NCBI GenBank assembly: GCA_902786245.1
Contig: CADABS010000004.1
Span: 6,327 to 70,326 of the forward strand
Reading direction: 5' to 3'
Length of the DNA stretch: 64,000 bases
From: an uncultured Erysipelotrichaceae bacterium
GTDB lineage: Bacteria; Bacillota_I; Bacilli_A; Erysipelotrichales; Erysipelotrichaceae
Made by a program: the position numbers and the translations under genes. How positions within the stretch are numbered: position 1 is the first letter of the stretch; every line of letters starts with the position of its first letter. This document shows, one piece after another, positions 8,505 through 18,965 of this stretch. The notes under the pieces are model-generated. The model saw only the letters and a program-made list of their open reading frames with translations, made no database searches and was not told the DNA's origin.

Positions 8505-10376
8505 TTAATCTTTCCTGCCGATCCCGCTGAGCACAGTATCCATGACCGTGTTCAGATCGATACCGTATTCCTTTCTGAGCTGTCTGTTGCTGCCCTGATG
8601 TATATATTCATCCGGAAGCGCGAAAGTACGCAGAGAAATCTGCAGATTTTCTGCATTTGCATAAGAAAGGATCATTTCCGAAAGTCCGTGTATACCAAGA
8701 TCAGTCTCGTAAACATACATCGGCAGGCCTCTGGCGGCAAGCTCTCTGATCATTTCCGTATCGACCGGCTTGAAGAAGCGGCAGTTGACCACGGTCACCG
8801 GCAGATTGTTTGCCTGCAGCTTTTCAAGGACACTGATCACGGTCGGACCGTATGTCAGTATGACCGCCTGATTCTCCGGTGCATCATTGAGCATCTGCCA
8901 GGAGCCGACTGCAACTTCCTGGGGACCGCGGATCTCGCGGACGGATGCCATACCCTTCGGGAAACGGATCGCAAACGGATGTTTCTGCCGGAATGCGGTA
9001 AACAGCAGATTGCGTGCTTCCTGGGCATCCACCGGCTGGGCCACGATCATATTGGGCAGTGCCGTCAGAAGGCCGATATCAAAGACACCGTGATGGGTAT
9101 CGCCGTCTTCCCCGACCAGACCCGCATGGTCAATGCCGATGACGACCGGCAGATCCATCCGGGCAATATCATGATTGATCTGGTCATAGGCTCTCTGCAT
9201 GAAGGAACTGTATATTTCCAGATACGGACGCTTGCCGGAGATCGCAAGACCGGCGCAGAATGTCGCCGCATGTTCCTCGGCAATGCCGCAGTCAAAACTG
9301 CGTTCCGGATAGCGGGCAAAGAATTTCTGCAGCGAGCTGCCGTAGATCATTGCCGGTGTGACCGCGACAATGTTTTCATTGCCTTCCGCAAGAGCCAGGA
9401 CATTATCGCTCATGATGCCGCTCCAGCTGCTGTAGCCTTCCGGTGTATCATTGAGCATTTTGCCGGTTGAGATATTGAACGGGCCGACACCGTGCCATTT
9501 GCCGTCTTTGTCATTCTCACATGGCGCATAGCCCCTGCCCTTCTTGGTAATGACATGCACGACGATCGGATGATCTCTCTCCTTGCACGCTTCCAGCGTT
9601 TCGATCAGTTCACCGATATCATGGCCGTCGACCGGTCCGATATAATCAAGGTTGAATTCTTCAAAGATGCCGCCGGAGATCATGGCTTCCTTGATGGAAT
9701 CCTTCATGATCTTCAGACCGGAATACACCGCTGTGCCGACATCCGAGCGGACCAGGGCACGCTTCATGCTCTGCTTGATTCCGTTATATGTCTTGGAAGA
9801 GCGGAGCCTCGAGAATCCATGCGAAAGAGCCCCGACATTGCGGGATATCGACATATTATTATCATTGAATACAATGATCAGAGGACGCTTTTCCGAACCG
9901 ATCTGGTTCAGCGCTTCCAGGGCCATGCCGGAAACAAGCGCACCGTCTCCGATCACCGGTACGACATGATAATGTTCATGGTTCAGGTCTCTCGCCACAG
10001 CCATGCCCAGAGCCGCGCTGAGCGAGGTGGAACTGTGTCCGGCTTCCCAGACATCATGTTCGCTCTCCTGCCGCTTCTGAAAGCCGCTGAGCCCCTTATA
10101 TTGGCGCAGCGTATCGAAACGGTCAGCCCGTCCGGTCAGGATCTTATGGGTATAGCACTGATGGCCAACATCGAAAAACACCTTGTCTTCGGGCGTATTG
10201 AAAACATAATGAAGAGCGATGGTCAGTTCAACAACACCGAGGTTGCTGGCCAGATGTCCGCCTGTTTTAGAAATATGTCCGATCAGAAACTTCCGGATAT
10301 CAAATGCCAGTTTTTCCATTTCTTCCACTGACATGTCTTTCAGAAAGCCGGGATCGCGTATTTCGCTGAGATTCAT
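8505..10376 (-). CDS. dxs: 1-deoxy-D-xylulose-5-phosphate synthase
   Basis: GGHLASNLGVVEL, DVGHQCYTHK, GHSSTS, GDGAL, GIAEEHA, GEDGDTHHG; start MNLSE after AGGAGG. Confidence 0.95.
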   Translation of the reverse strand: MNLSEIRDPGFLKDMSVEEMEKLAFDIRKFLIGHISKTGGHLASNLGVVELTIALHYVFNTPEDKVFFDVGHQCYTHKILTGRADRFDTLRQYKGLSGFQKRQESEHDVWEAGHSSTSLSAALGMAVARDLNHEHYHVVPVIGDGALVSGMALEALNQIGSEKRPLIIVFNDNNMSISRNVGALSHGFSRLRSSKTYNGIKQSMKRALVRSDVGTAVYSGLKIMKDSIKEAMISGGIFEEFNLDYIGPVDGHDIGELIETLEACKERDHPIVVHVITKKGRGYAPCENDKDGKWHGVGPFNISTGKMLNDTPEGYSSWSGIMSDNVLALAEGNENIVAVTPAMIYGSSLQKFFARYPERSFDCGIAEEHAATFCAGLAISGKRPYLEIYSSFMQRAYDQINHDIARMDLPVVIGIDHAGLVGEDGDTHHGVFDIGLLTALPNMIVAQPVDAQEARNLLFTAFRQKHPFAIRFPKGMASVREIRGPQEVAVGSWQMLNDAPENQAVILTYGPTVISVLEKLQANNLPVTVVNCRFFKPVDTEMIRELAARGLPMYVYETDLGIHGLSEMILSYANAENLQISLRTFALPDEYIHQGSNRQLRKEYGIDLNTVMDTVLSGIGRKD

Positions 10377-10386
10377 GGATGTCCTC

Positions 10387-11211
10387 CTAATTTCTGCGGT
10401 TCTGGATACTGTCAATCAGTTCCAGAAGCGGTGCAGAATTGAAATTCCCGAACGAATGGATCCTCTCTCTGCTTTCCGCATAAAGACGGTTCATCAGTTC
10501 CTCAGCTTTTTCTCTCCCCAGAAGTGAAATACTTGTGACTTTTCCGTTATCTTCATCCGATGTGCTCTTGCCGAATTCTTCCGGTGTCAGGATCTGATCC
10601 AGAATATCATCCTGGATCTGGAAAGCCAGTCCGATATCATCGCCGATCCTGTGCCATTCCTGCACATCTTCCTTTCTGCCTGCCAGCAGCGCTGCGATCA
10701 TCAGCGGTGCGCTGAGCAGACAGCCGGTCTTGTATTTATGAACGGTCTTCAGTTCTTCCCAGCCGGTCGTGCCTGTCTCTTCAGCCATGTCAAGACACTG
10801 GCCCAGAACCATTCCGGCAGGACCTGCCATTTCCGCAAGCACTGCAATGCATTCCCCTTTATCCGCATTGGTGCTTTTGGAAGCTGCCGCAAATGCCTGT
10901 GTCAGCAGCCCGTCCCCGGCCAGAATTGCCGTTGCTTCATCAAACTGTTTATGGCATGTCGGCCTGCCCCGGCGCAGATCATCATTGTCCATTGCCGGCA
11001 GATCGTCATGAATCAGAGAATAGGTATGAATCATTTCAATTGCACAGGCAAAGGGTTCCGCTTCTGCTTTTTCAAGGCCGTATCCTTCGGCTGCCGCAAA
11101 CAGAAGATTCGGACGGATCCGCTTTCCGCCGGCCAGCAGCGAATACAGCATTGCGTCTTTGACTCTGCTTTCCGGCACATCTGCCATATATGCCTGCAGA
11201 AGATCATTCAT
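10387..11211 (-). CDS. ispA: Polyprenyl (farnesyl) diphosphate synthase
   Basis: GGKRIRP, HTYSLIHDDLPAMDNDDLRRGRPTCH, FQIQDDILD. Confidence 0.93.
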   Translation of the reverse strand: MNDLLQAYMADVPESRVKDAMLYSLLAGGKRIRPNLLFAAAEGYGLEKAEAEPFACAIEMIHTYSLIHDDLPAMDNDDLRRGRPTCHKQFDEATAILAGDGLLTQAFAAASKSTNADKGECIAVLAEMAGPAGMVLGQCLDMAEETGTTGWEELKTVHKYKTGCLLSAPLMIAALLAGRKEDVQEWHRIGDDIGLAFQIQDDILDQILTPEEFGKSTSDEDNGKVTSISLLGREKAEELMNRLYAESRERIHSFGNFNSAPLLELIDSIQNRRN

Positions 11212-11416
11212 CGCGGTCACCGCCTTCCTTCTGCAGAATATCATTGATTCTCTTTTCATACTGCTTCAGTTTTGCATCGCAGTCGCCGACCAGCTTCAGC
11301 CCTTCTTCAAACATCTGAATCGTTTCCTCCAGAGGTGCATCATTCTGTTCGAGCTCCCGGACGATTTCCTCCAGCCGGGACATGGATTCTTCAAATGTCT
11401 TTTCCTTTTTTGTCAT
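11204..11416 (-). CDS. xseB: Exodeoxyribonuclease VII small subunit
   Basis: TFEESMSRLEEIVRELE...LEETIQMFEEG; lies between xseA and ispA. Confidence 0.93.
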   Translation of the reverse strand: MTKKEKTFEESMSRLEEIVRELEQNDAPLEETIQMFEEGLKLVGDCDAKLKQYEKRINDILQKEGGDRDE

Positions 11417-12813
11417 GAAAGCTTCTCCTTTGAAATGACTGTACCGCTGATCAGGCCGTCGCTGACGCGTATACGCAGTGCATCGCCTGTTTCCACCTGA
11501 TCGGCAGAACGGACAGCAGTATCGCCTTTAAAGGCAATACTGTAGCCTCTGGACAGGATCTTCAGCGGTGAATATGCATCGAGCAGTCCGGCATCTTTCT
11601 GCAGTCTCGTATTTTCCTGTTCAAGTCTTTTTTCGGCTGCTGCATGGAACCGGTTCGATACCGCATCCAGCCTCTGCATCTGTGCAAACATGCGGTTCTT
11701 CATCAGCAGGATCAGACGTGTGCTGTCTTCATCCATCTTACCGGCATAGACTGCCGATTTCTTCTGCATTGCCAGACGGAAGCGCTGGGCTGTCTGATGC
11801 AGTGCAAGTCTGCGCTTATCCGTTTCCGCAGTCCCCTGCTGGATCTTCTCCCGCAGGATCTGCAGCCTCTGTATTTTTTCACTGAGCAGCCGCTGGGGCT
11901 GGGACAGTACATAGGATGACTGCAGATAGCTGACTTCCTTTCTGGAAGCTGCCATCTTTGCCTGTACCGCCGCCAGCAGTCTGGCCCTGCTGTTCTGCAG
12001 AGATGCCAGTACTTCCAGACGGTCCGGCACCGCTGCCTCCACGGCACCGGTCGGTGTATTCGCCCGCAGGTCTGCTGTATAATCCGCCAGTGTGAAATCA
12101 ATCTCATGACCGATGCCGGTCACCACCGGTGTATGCATGTTATAAATAAAACGCGCCAGCATTTCATCATTAAAGCACCACAGATCTTCGATCGATCCGC
12201 CGCCCCGCACCAGCAGGATCACATCATGTCCCCCGCTGTCCGCATGGGAAAGCGCCTCAATAATAGAAAGAGCAGCTTCACTGCCCTGTACCGGACAAGG
12301 ATACTCATGTACCGCAGCTGCCGGCCATCTTTTTTTCAGTGTGATCAGAACATCCTCACGGGCGGCTGTATTCGAACCGGTCACCAGCGCGATATTCATC
12401 GGATACTGCGGCAGAGGCTTCTTATGCGAAACATCGAACAGCCCTTCCGCATGCAGTTTCTTCTTCAGTTCCTCCAGGCGCCGATACAGATCGCCGATGC
12501 CGGCTTCGCTCATCATGGTCACAATGATCTGCAGCGTTCCCGAAGCCTCATATACCGAAACATTGCCGGTCACAACGACCTTGTCGCCGTTCTTCGGACG
12601 GAACATCAGCCTGCGGCTGTAGGAAGAAAACATCACACAGCTGATACTGGCAGATTCATCCTTCAAAGAAAAATACCAGTGGCCGCTGGAAGGTATGCGC
12701 AGATTTGATATTTCGCCCTCTACGCGGATTCCCTGCAGCAGTCTGTCATTTTCCGTCAGACGCTTCAGATAGCGTACAAGAGAACTGACTCTGGCTGTCC
12801 GCTGTTCACTCAT
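11413..12813 (-). CDS. xseA: Exodeoxyribonuclease VII large subunit
   Basis: GEISN...SGHWYFSLKD, RGGGSIEDLWCFN, GIGHEIDFTLAD. Confidence 0.95.
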   Translation of the reverse strand: MSEQRTARVSSLVRYLKRLTENDRLLQGIRVEGEISNLRIPSSGHWYFSLKDESASISCVMFSSYSRRLMFRPKNGDKVVVTGNVSVYEASGTLQIIVTMMSEAGIGDLYRRLEELKKKLHAEGLFDVSHKKPLPQYPMNIALVTGSNTAAREDVLITLKKRWPAAAVHEYPCPVQGSEAALSIIEALSHADSGGHDVILLVRGGGSIEDLWCFNDEMLARFIYNMHTPVVTGIGHEIDFTLADYTADLRANTPTGAVEAAVPDRLEVLASLQNSRARLLAAVQAKMAASRKEVSYLQSSYVLSQPQRLLSEKIQRLQILREKIQQGTAETDKRRLALHQTAQRFRLAMQKKSAVYAGKMDEDSTRLILLMKNRMFAQMQRLDAVSNRFHAAAEKRLEQENTRLQKDAGLLDAYSPLKILSRGYSIAFKGDTAVRSADQVETGDALRIRVSDGLISGTVISKEKLS

Positions 12814-13193
12814 ATAATATCCAGTACCCGGTTGATCAGTTTGTATGTATCCTCATCACAGTACTTCTTGGCAAGTTCGACAGATTCATCGATAATCACG
12901 GCAGCCGCAACCTGCTTCAGTGCAAACTCCGAGCAGCCGTTGAGAAGAATCGCCTTTTCGATCGTTCCAAGACGGTCATAGGTCCAGTCCGTCAGGACCC
13001 GGTCGATGTATGTGCTGTATTCCTGTTCCTTTTCTGCCGAATTGCGGGCGACATCAATAAAATACGGATCAATATCCGCCAGCTCTGCTCCGAATGCATC
13101 CTGCAGAAGTTCATCTATGTCTCTGTTTACCAGCAGGTACTGATAAACAGCAATCATTGCGTTTTCACGCGAATCGCTACGTGTCATCATCAT
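12810..13193 (-). CDS. nusB: Transcription antitermination factor NusB
   Basis: SRENAMIAVYQ, WTYDRLGTIEKAIL, IIDESVELAKKY, YKLINRVLD. Confidence 0.9.
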   Translation of the reverse strand: MMMTRSDSRENAMIAVYQYLLVNRDIDELLQDAFGAELADIDPYFIDVARNSAEKEQEYSTYIDRVLTDWTYDRLGTIEKAILLNGCSEFALKQVAAAVIIDESVELAKKYCDEDTYKLINRVLDII

Positions 13194-13281
13194 GTTTAAT
13201 CTCCGGCAATATTCTATCATGTTTAGGCTGTCTTTTGGGGAAATCTTGCGCTTCCTGTCCGCCTGTCATAAAATGGACGGG

Positions 13282-13857
13282 ATGAAGAACGAAGACAGAC
13301 CGCTGCCCCTGCTGACAAGATTTGCCGGGCATCTGCGCACCGTCAATACACACCGCCGGCTCGTCCGTATCAACTGTTTTAAATGCGGACTTTACAGACA
13401 GGGACTGACCCATGACCTTTCCAAATACTCCCCGTCGGAGTTTCTCGTCAGCGTCCGCTATTACCAGGGCTGGCGTTCCCCCTATATCCGGGAAAAGGAA
13501 CTCTACGGCTTCTCCTACGGCTGGCTCCACCACAAAGGCAGAAACCGGCATCACTGGGAATACTGGCAGGATATGATCAACGGAAAATGGATCCCGCTGC
13601 CGATGCCGTTCAACTATGTCGTGGAAATGGTCTGCGACAGAGTCGCTGCCTGCCGTGTCTATCAGAAAGAAAACTATAAAAAAGAATCCGCACTGGAATA
13701 CTATCTCTCCCGCAATGACCGCCTGTATATGCATCCGGACACTGCTGCCCTGCTGGAATCGATCCTGCGGCAGATCGCCGAAGACGGAGAAGATGCGGTG
13801 TTTGCCAGACTGCGCGAACAGCTCAAGGATTACAGAAACACAAGCCATATCAAATAG
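13282..13857 (+). CDS. DUF5662 family HD-like protein (start uncertain: 13219, 13273 or 13282)
   Basis: GHLRTVNTHR, HDLSKYSPSEF, HHKGRNRHHWEYW, EMVCDRVAA. Confidence 0.7.
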   Translation: MKNEDRPLPLLTRFAGHLRTVNTHRRLVRINCFKCGLYRQGLTHDLSKYSPSEFLVSVRYYQGWRSPYIREKELYGFSYGWLHHKGRNRHHWEYWQDMINGKWIPLPMPFNYVVEMVCDRVAACRVYQKENYKKESALEYYLSRNDRLYMHPDTAALLESILRQIAEDGEDAVFARLREQLKDYRNTSHIK

Positions 13858-13886
13858 GGTGTCCAAAACGGACACCCCTTCTTTTA
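13857..13886. terminator. Terminator between convergent DUF5662 and MscS genes
   Basis: GGGTGTCC-AAAAC-GGACACCC followed by CTTCTTTT. Confidence 0.7.
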
Positions 13887-16800
13887 TTCATTGCTTTCTT
13901 TTTTCTCTTCCTCTTCAAAATCCGCGATCGTCTTCCGGCCGCTCATATCGAGATTCGATACCGTGATATTCGGGAACGGAATATTGATGCCATTGCGGTA
14001 GAAGATCTTGAGAAGTTCCTTGTTCAGATAGCGTCTGACACCGTAAATATCCTTTTCATTGCACTTGCACATGATCGAAAGATTCACCGAACTGCCCGCG
14101 AGTTCATTGACGCCGAGATACGTCGGACCATCCAGGATCAGAGGATTGTTCTCGCGCAGTTTCGGCAGTTCCTTTCTCAGCACAGCTTCGACATATTCGA
14201 TATCCTGGCCGTATTCGATACCGATCGTGCATACTGCGATTGAAGCCTGTTTGGTCATGTTCAGGACACCGGAAATCTCGGAGTTGTTGTAAATCTTGAT
14301 ATTGCCGTCGCCGCTCTGGATCTTGGTCGTACGCAGACCGATATCCATGACCGTACCGCGGAAGCCGCCGATCGTGACGATATCGCCGACCCGGAATTCG
14401 CCTTCAAATACGATAAAGATACCGGCAAGGATATCCTTGATCAGTGACTGTGCGCCAAGACCGATGACAAGAGACAGCACACCGGCAGAAGCCAGCAGGT
14501 TTGTCGCGTCCATACCGATCAGATACAGACAGTAGAAGAATGCCCCGAGGGTGCCGCCGTATTTCACCACCGACAGCAGCAGATGGGAGATGGTCTCTCC
14601 TCTTGCCCCGAGCAGCGATGCGATCAGCCGGACCGGCAGCCGGATGATATTGACTGCGACGACTGTCATGACAAGAACGGTAAAGCAGGCACTGAATGCA
14701 AATACATTCGGGCCTCTGTCCCAGTCGCCGCGCAGAATATACTGAATCACGGAATTCTCGTCAAAGAAGCGGTCGACACCGATCAGTACAACAATGAAAT
14801 AGAAAATCAGCAGACCGAATACAGCCGTGGAAATCACAACCAGTTTCTGTTCCGGACTCTTCTGTTCCCACGGGATCCTGCGGTTGTCCCAGCGGGCGGA
14901 TGCCTTCATCGTTGCAGTCCGCTTACCCGAAGGCAGAACAATGCTGAAGATTGCCGCATCCAGACGGCTGTTCGACTCCGATTCGCTCATCGATGCATAG
15001 AGCAGTTCTTCTTCATGCGTCATCAGCGTTACCGTACCGGAAAGGATCAGGATCAGCAGCAGACTCGTCAGTGAAGTGATCAGAGCAATGATCAGACGCG
15101 ACTGATACATTTCGCTGCGGGGAATCGCCGTGCCGATATAATAGCCGTCATTGTAGCGGAAATACTGGAAGTATTCGCCGCCGTTGACCCGTGTAAATCC
15201 ATAGTAGTCGCCGCCGTTGAAGGCATTGGCAGATACACCCATTTCGGCAGCTGTCTTGCCGATGCTTGCTTCGACCGGTGAATACAGACAGATCTTGTTT
15301 TCGCTGCTGTCAAACAGAACAATGAATCCGCCGCTCAGCATATCCGATGAAAGAATATTCGCCGCATCGGTGGAAGCCATGACCCGGGCTGAAAGTTCAC
15401 CGTCCAGACCGATCTGCAGCATCGAGCGGTGGGCATGGACAGGAACCGCCGGATCACCGTATTCATCCGTTGGTGCATTCTGATAGTTTTCATATGCCTG
15501 GCGGCCCACGTAAACCGTCCTGCCGTCTTCATCCACGGTCGTATAATAATCCATTGCAACACCGATATACTGGCTGTTCACGCCGAATTCATCGGTCATC
15601 GCATCCTGGATCAGGATTTCCTTTTTGCCGGTCAGAACATCCAGGAACGGATAAGACTGTCCTTCCGGATCCCGGCTGATCGTAAAGAACCAGTTCTCCG
15701 TATTTGTTGCCAGTGTATGTCCGTCTTCATCATAGATATAGATGGACGAGATATCGTTTCTGTCGCACAGTTCCTGCAGACGCTGACTGCCGGGTACGGA
15801 GCGGAGCCGGTTGCCTTCGTCATCTGTCAGATAATGCCGGCTGCCGTCTTCGTCGTAATACGAATATACTCTTTCGGTATCTTCATTGAGCACGGAAGGA
15901 TCTTCTTCGATCAGATAGGCCATCAGTCTTGTTTTGGCCAGGAAACGCTGGTCATAATAGCCGCGGATCACTTCCCGGTTGAGATTGCTTTCCTGGTATC
16001 TCTGATTGACTTCTTCCAGGGCCAGAACCGAGTCATCGATATTCTCGGAAATCTCCAGCAGTGTCTGGGTATAGAACGAAATCGAGAAGATCAGCAGGAC
16101 GCCTGCAATCATCAGCGGGAATACCTTTTTGAATACGGAAATATCGAAGATGAGCATATCTCCGTTTCTGCGGCTGAACAGTTTCTTTTCCGTATCGACT
16201 GCCCGGCGGACAAAATCATTGCGGACAATGACCGCATAGGAAAGACACATCAGCATCACCAGCACAAATCCGGTAACGCTCCAGAACAGGACGTATTTGT
16301 CTTTGGAATAGATTTCCGCAGTATCCGCAACGGCACAGATCACGGTGCTGCTGCCGTAGGACTTCGATACGCAGTGATAGCGTACGCCGTTGATCGTCTG
16401 CAGACCGGCATAGCCGTCTTCCAGAGCCGCCTCGGAAAGACCGGTTTCCAGAGCATTCTTTCCGGTCAGATTCTCACCGTTATTGTTGTAATACAGATAG
16501 GACGCATCGGTCCTGTCGACCGCAAACATGAATCCTTCATTGCCGACAGACGCATGCGATAGCACCGCGGAAAGATCATTCAGTGCCTCGATCTGCACAT
16601 CCAGCATCTCCGCATCTGCCGCCAGAACAAATGCAAGCTGTATATCCTGATAGCGGTACGGGATGGAATAGAAATAGTAATTGCCGTAGATGCTTTCCTG
16701 CAGCACCGGCACGACCGTACCGTCTTCCATCTGTGTACCTTCAAGGAGTTTTTCCGCATTGGCTGCCGTAAACATGCCGGATTTGACCGGATCGGTGCCG

Positions 16801-17228
16801 ATGAAATCCAGAGTCGGCGCAATCAGTATTTTTCTGTCGCTGCCCATCAGGAACAGATAATTGACACCGGAGCGTTCAACGATATCCGCAAATACTTCGG
16901 CTCTTTCCGCATCATCGGCATTCACCAGGGATTGAAACAGACCGGTTTCAAACAGTTCCTTCAGATCGGTGAGCATATCCTGGCTGCTGTCATGGAAGAT
17001 CACCGTCAGATCCTGCGCATCTTCCGCATTGGAAGAAAGCATCTCCACTGCTTCTTCCAGGGCCATGCGGCTGTTCTGTTCCTGTTTGTACAGAGCCGTG
17101 TCATTCTGCATGCGGCGCAGAAAAACGGATATGACAATTGCCCCGATGATCATCAGCAGCAGATTGATCACAACCTTGGAAAAGAAATAGGTATTCGCTT
17201 TTCTTCTGACTTCTTTATACTCAGCCAT
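13884..17228 (-). CDS. MscS-family channel fused to two extracytoplasmic Cache-like sensor modules (1114 aa)
   Basis: C-terminal MscS signature GVLSLVIGLGAQSLIKDILAGIFIVFEGEFRVGDIVTIGGFRGTVMDIGLRTTKI; N-terminal TM-domain-TM unit present twice with recognisable internal homology. Confidence 0.8.
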   Translation of the reverse strand: MAEYKEVRRKANTYFFSKVVINLLLMIIGAIVISVFLRRMQNDTALYKQEQNSRMALEEAVEMLSSNAEDAQDLTVIFHDSSQDMLTDLKELFETGLFQSLVNADDAERAEVFADIVERSGVNYLFLMGSDRKILIAPTLDFIGTDPVKSGMFTAANAEKLLEGTQMEDGTVVPVLQESIYGNYYFYSIPYRYQDIQLAFVLAADAEMLDVQIEALNDLSAVLSHASVGNEGFMFAVDRTDASYLYYNNNGENLTGKNALETGLSEAALEDGYAGLQTINGVRYHCVSKSYGSSTVICAVADTAEIYSKDKYVLFWSVTGFVLVMLMCLSYAVIVRNDFVRRAVDTEKKLFSRRNGDMLIFDISVFKKVFPLMIAGVLLIFSISFYTQTLLEISENIDDSVLALEEVNQRYQESNLNREVIRGYYDQRFLAKTRLMAYLIEEDPSVLNEDTERVYSYYDEDGSRHYLTDDEGNRLRSVPGSQRLQELCDRNDISSIYIYDEDGHTLATNTENWFFTISRDPEGQSYPFLDVLTGKKEILIQDAMTDEFGVNSQYIGVAMDYYTTVDEDGRTVYVGRQAYENYQNAPTDEYGDPAVPVHAHRSMLQIGLDGELSARVMASTDAANILSSDMLSGGFIVLFDSSENKICLYSPVEASIGKTAAEMGVSANAFNGGDYYGFTRVNGGEYFQYFRYNDGYYIGTAIPRSEMYQSRLIIALITSLTSLLLILILSGTVTLMTHEEELLYASMSESESNSRLDAAIFSIVLPSGKRTATMKASARWDNRRIPWEQKSPEQKLVVISTAVFGLLIFYFIVVLIGVDRFFDENSVIQYILRGDWDRGPNVFAFSACFTVLVMTVVAVNIIRLPVRLIASLLGARGETISHLLLSVVKYGGTLGAFFYCLYLIGMDATNLLASAGVLSLVIGLGAQSLIKDILAGIFIVFEGEFRVGDIVTIGGFRGTVMDIGLRTTKIQSGDGNIKIYNNSEISGVLNMTKQASIAVCTIGIEYGQDIEYVEAVLRKELPKLRENNPLILDGPTYLGVNELAGSSVNLSIMCKCNEKDIYGVRRYLNKELLKIFYRNGINIPFPNITVSNLDMSGRKTIADFEEEEKKESNE

Positions 17229-17322
17229 AGACTGCGCCTCACTGTGAAAACACGGAGTTTCCGTAATTTATATTTTACCAAAAAATTCCTCAGCCATACA
17301 CCTTGCATGTGCAAATGGCATC

Positions 17323-17351
17323 AAAAAAAGCAGACCCCGATCAGGATCTGC
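17323..17351 (-). terminator. guaB terminator
   Basis: GCAGATCC-TGATC-GGGGTCTGC plus T7 on the minus strand. Confidence 0.75.
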
Positions 17352-17359
17352 AGATTGTA

Positions 17360-18865
17360 CTATTTCAGTGACTGGTCGCTGTTCTTGACCGTAACGTCAT
17401 GGGCACCGCCCTCGACGATGGACGTAGCAGAGACAAGCGTCAGCTTCGCTTTTTCCTGCAGCTCATCGATCGTCAGTGCACCGCAGTTGCACATGGTCGA
17501 TTTGATCTTCAGCGTTGTCATTGCGACATTGTCCTTGAGGAATCCGGCGTACGGTACGTAGGAATCGACACCTTCCTCAAAGGAAAGCTTCTTGCCCTGT
17601 CCGAGGTCATATCTGCCCCAGTTGCGTGCTCTTGCCGAACCTTCGCCCCAGTATTCCTTGACGGTATGGCCGTTGACGACCAGCTTCGCGCCCGGTGCTT
17701 CTTCAAATCTGGAGAAATATCTTCCCAGCATGACGAAGTCCGCACCCATCGCAAGCGCCAGTGTGATGTGATAGTCATAGACGATGCCGCCGTCCGAGCA
17801 GATCGGTACATAGACACCTGTCTCCTTGAAGTAGCGGTCTCTTTCCGCCGCAACATCAATGACTGCGGTTGCCTGGCCTCTGCCGATACCCTTTGTCTCA
17901 CGGGTGATGCAGATGGAACCGCCGCCGATGCCGATCTTGACAAAGTCCGCACCTGCATCTGCCAGGAAACGGAATCCTTCGCCGTCGACAACGTTGCCGG
18001 CGCCTACCTTGACGCTGTCACCGTAATTCTCACGGATCCATTTGATCGTTTCCGCCTGCCAGCAGCTGTATCCTTCCGAGGAATCGATGACCAGACAGTC
18101 AACCCCTGCCTTGACCAGTGCCGGAACTCTTTCCGCATAGTCGCGGCTGTTGATGCCTGCACCGACCAGCAGTCTCTTTTCTTCATCGAGCAGTTCATTC
18201 GGGTTTTCCTTATGCGAGGCATAGTCCTTGCGGAATACCAGATAAACGAGATGGTCATCGTCATCGACGATCGGCAGTGTATTCAGTTTGTTGTCCCAGA
18301 TAATATCGTTGCATTCGCTCAGCGTATTATTGATATGGCCGACAACCAGCTTCTCCCGCGGTGTCATGAATTCGGAAACAGTTTCCGTTCCCTTCATCCG
18401 GGAAATTCTGTAGTCGCGGGATGTGACCAGACCCAGGAGCTTTCCGGTCGCGCTGCCGTCATCGGTGACAGGCATCGTTCCGTGTCCGCTTTCCTGCTTC
18501 AGTTCAAGAACATCATTGAGGACCATATCCGGTGTCAGATTGGAGTCGCTTCTGACAAAGCCTGCTTTATGCTTTTTGACATTGGCGACCATTGCCGCCT
18601 GCGATTCGATCGGCTGCGAGCCGAATATGAAGGCCATGCCGCCTTCTTTAGCCAGGGCAATACCAAGCGCATCTCCGGATACCGACTGCATGACAGCCGA
18701 TACCATCGGTATATTCAGAGAAATCGCCGGTTCTTCTCCTCTGCGGTATTTAACTAAGGGTGTTTTCAGAGAAACATTGTCAGGGGTGTTTTCCGGTCCG
18801 GTGTATCCCGGTACGAGAAGATACTCGCTGAATGTGCGTGACGGTTCGTCAAAGAATTTGGCCAT
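17360..18865 (-). CDS. guaB: IMP dehydrogenase (with CBS pair)
   Basis: [13 protein letters not shown] catalytic loop, SDGGI, MLGRYF, YWGEGS, EEGV. Confidence 0.95.
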   Translation of the reverse strand: MAKFFDEPSRTFSEYLLVPGYTGPENTPDNVSLKTPLVKYRRGEEPAISLNIPMVSAVMQSVSGDALGIALAKEGGMAFIFGSQPIESQAAMVANVKKHKAGFVRSDSNLTPDMVLNDVLELKQESGHGTMPVTDDGSATGKLLGLVTSRDYRISRMKGTETVSEFMTPREKLVVGHINNTLSECNDIIWDNKLNTLPIVDDDDHLVYLVFRKDYASHKENPNELLDEEKRLLVGAGINSRDYAERVPALVKAGVDCLVIDSSEGYSCWQAETIKWIRENYGDSVKVGAGNVVDGEGFRFLADAGADFVKIGIGGGSICITRETKGIGRGQATAVIDVAAERDRYFKETGVYVPICSDGGIVYDYHITLALAMGADFVMLGRYFSRFEEAPGAKLVVNGHTVKEYWGEGSARARNWGRYDLGQGKKLSFEEGVDSYVPYAGFLKDNVAMTTLKIKSTMCNCGALTIDELQEKAKLTLVSATSIVEGGAHDVTVKNSDQSLK

Positions 18866-18965
18866 TCCGTTTATTCCTCCTTATGATTTCAACCATTATA
18901 TCAATTTAAAAGTTAAAGTAAACAGTGAACATGCTATAATTGAGCAGATATGCGAGGAAATCATT

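Noticed and set aside
18423-18965. N-terminal extension of ProS in the 743-aa ORF call
   Set aside because: It overlaps guaB antisense; the real start is ATG 18966 with an RBS and extended -10
18866-18965. Purine riboswitch upstream of guaB
   Set aside because: The 100-bp divergent promoter region has no aptamer motifs
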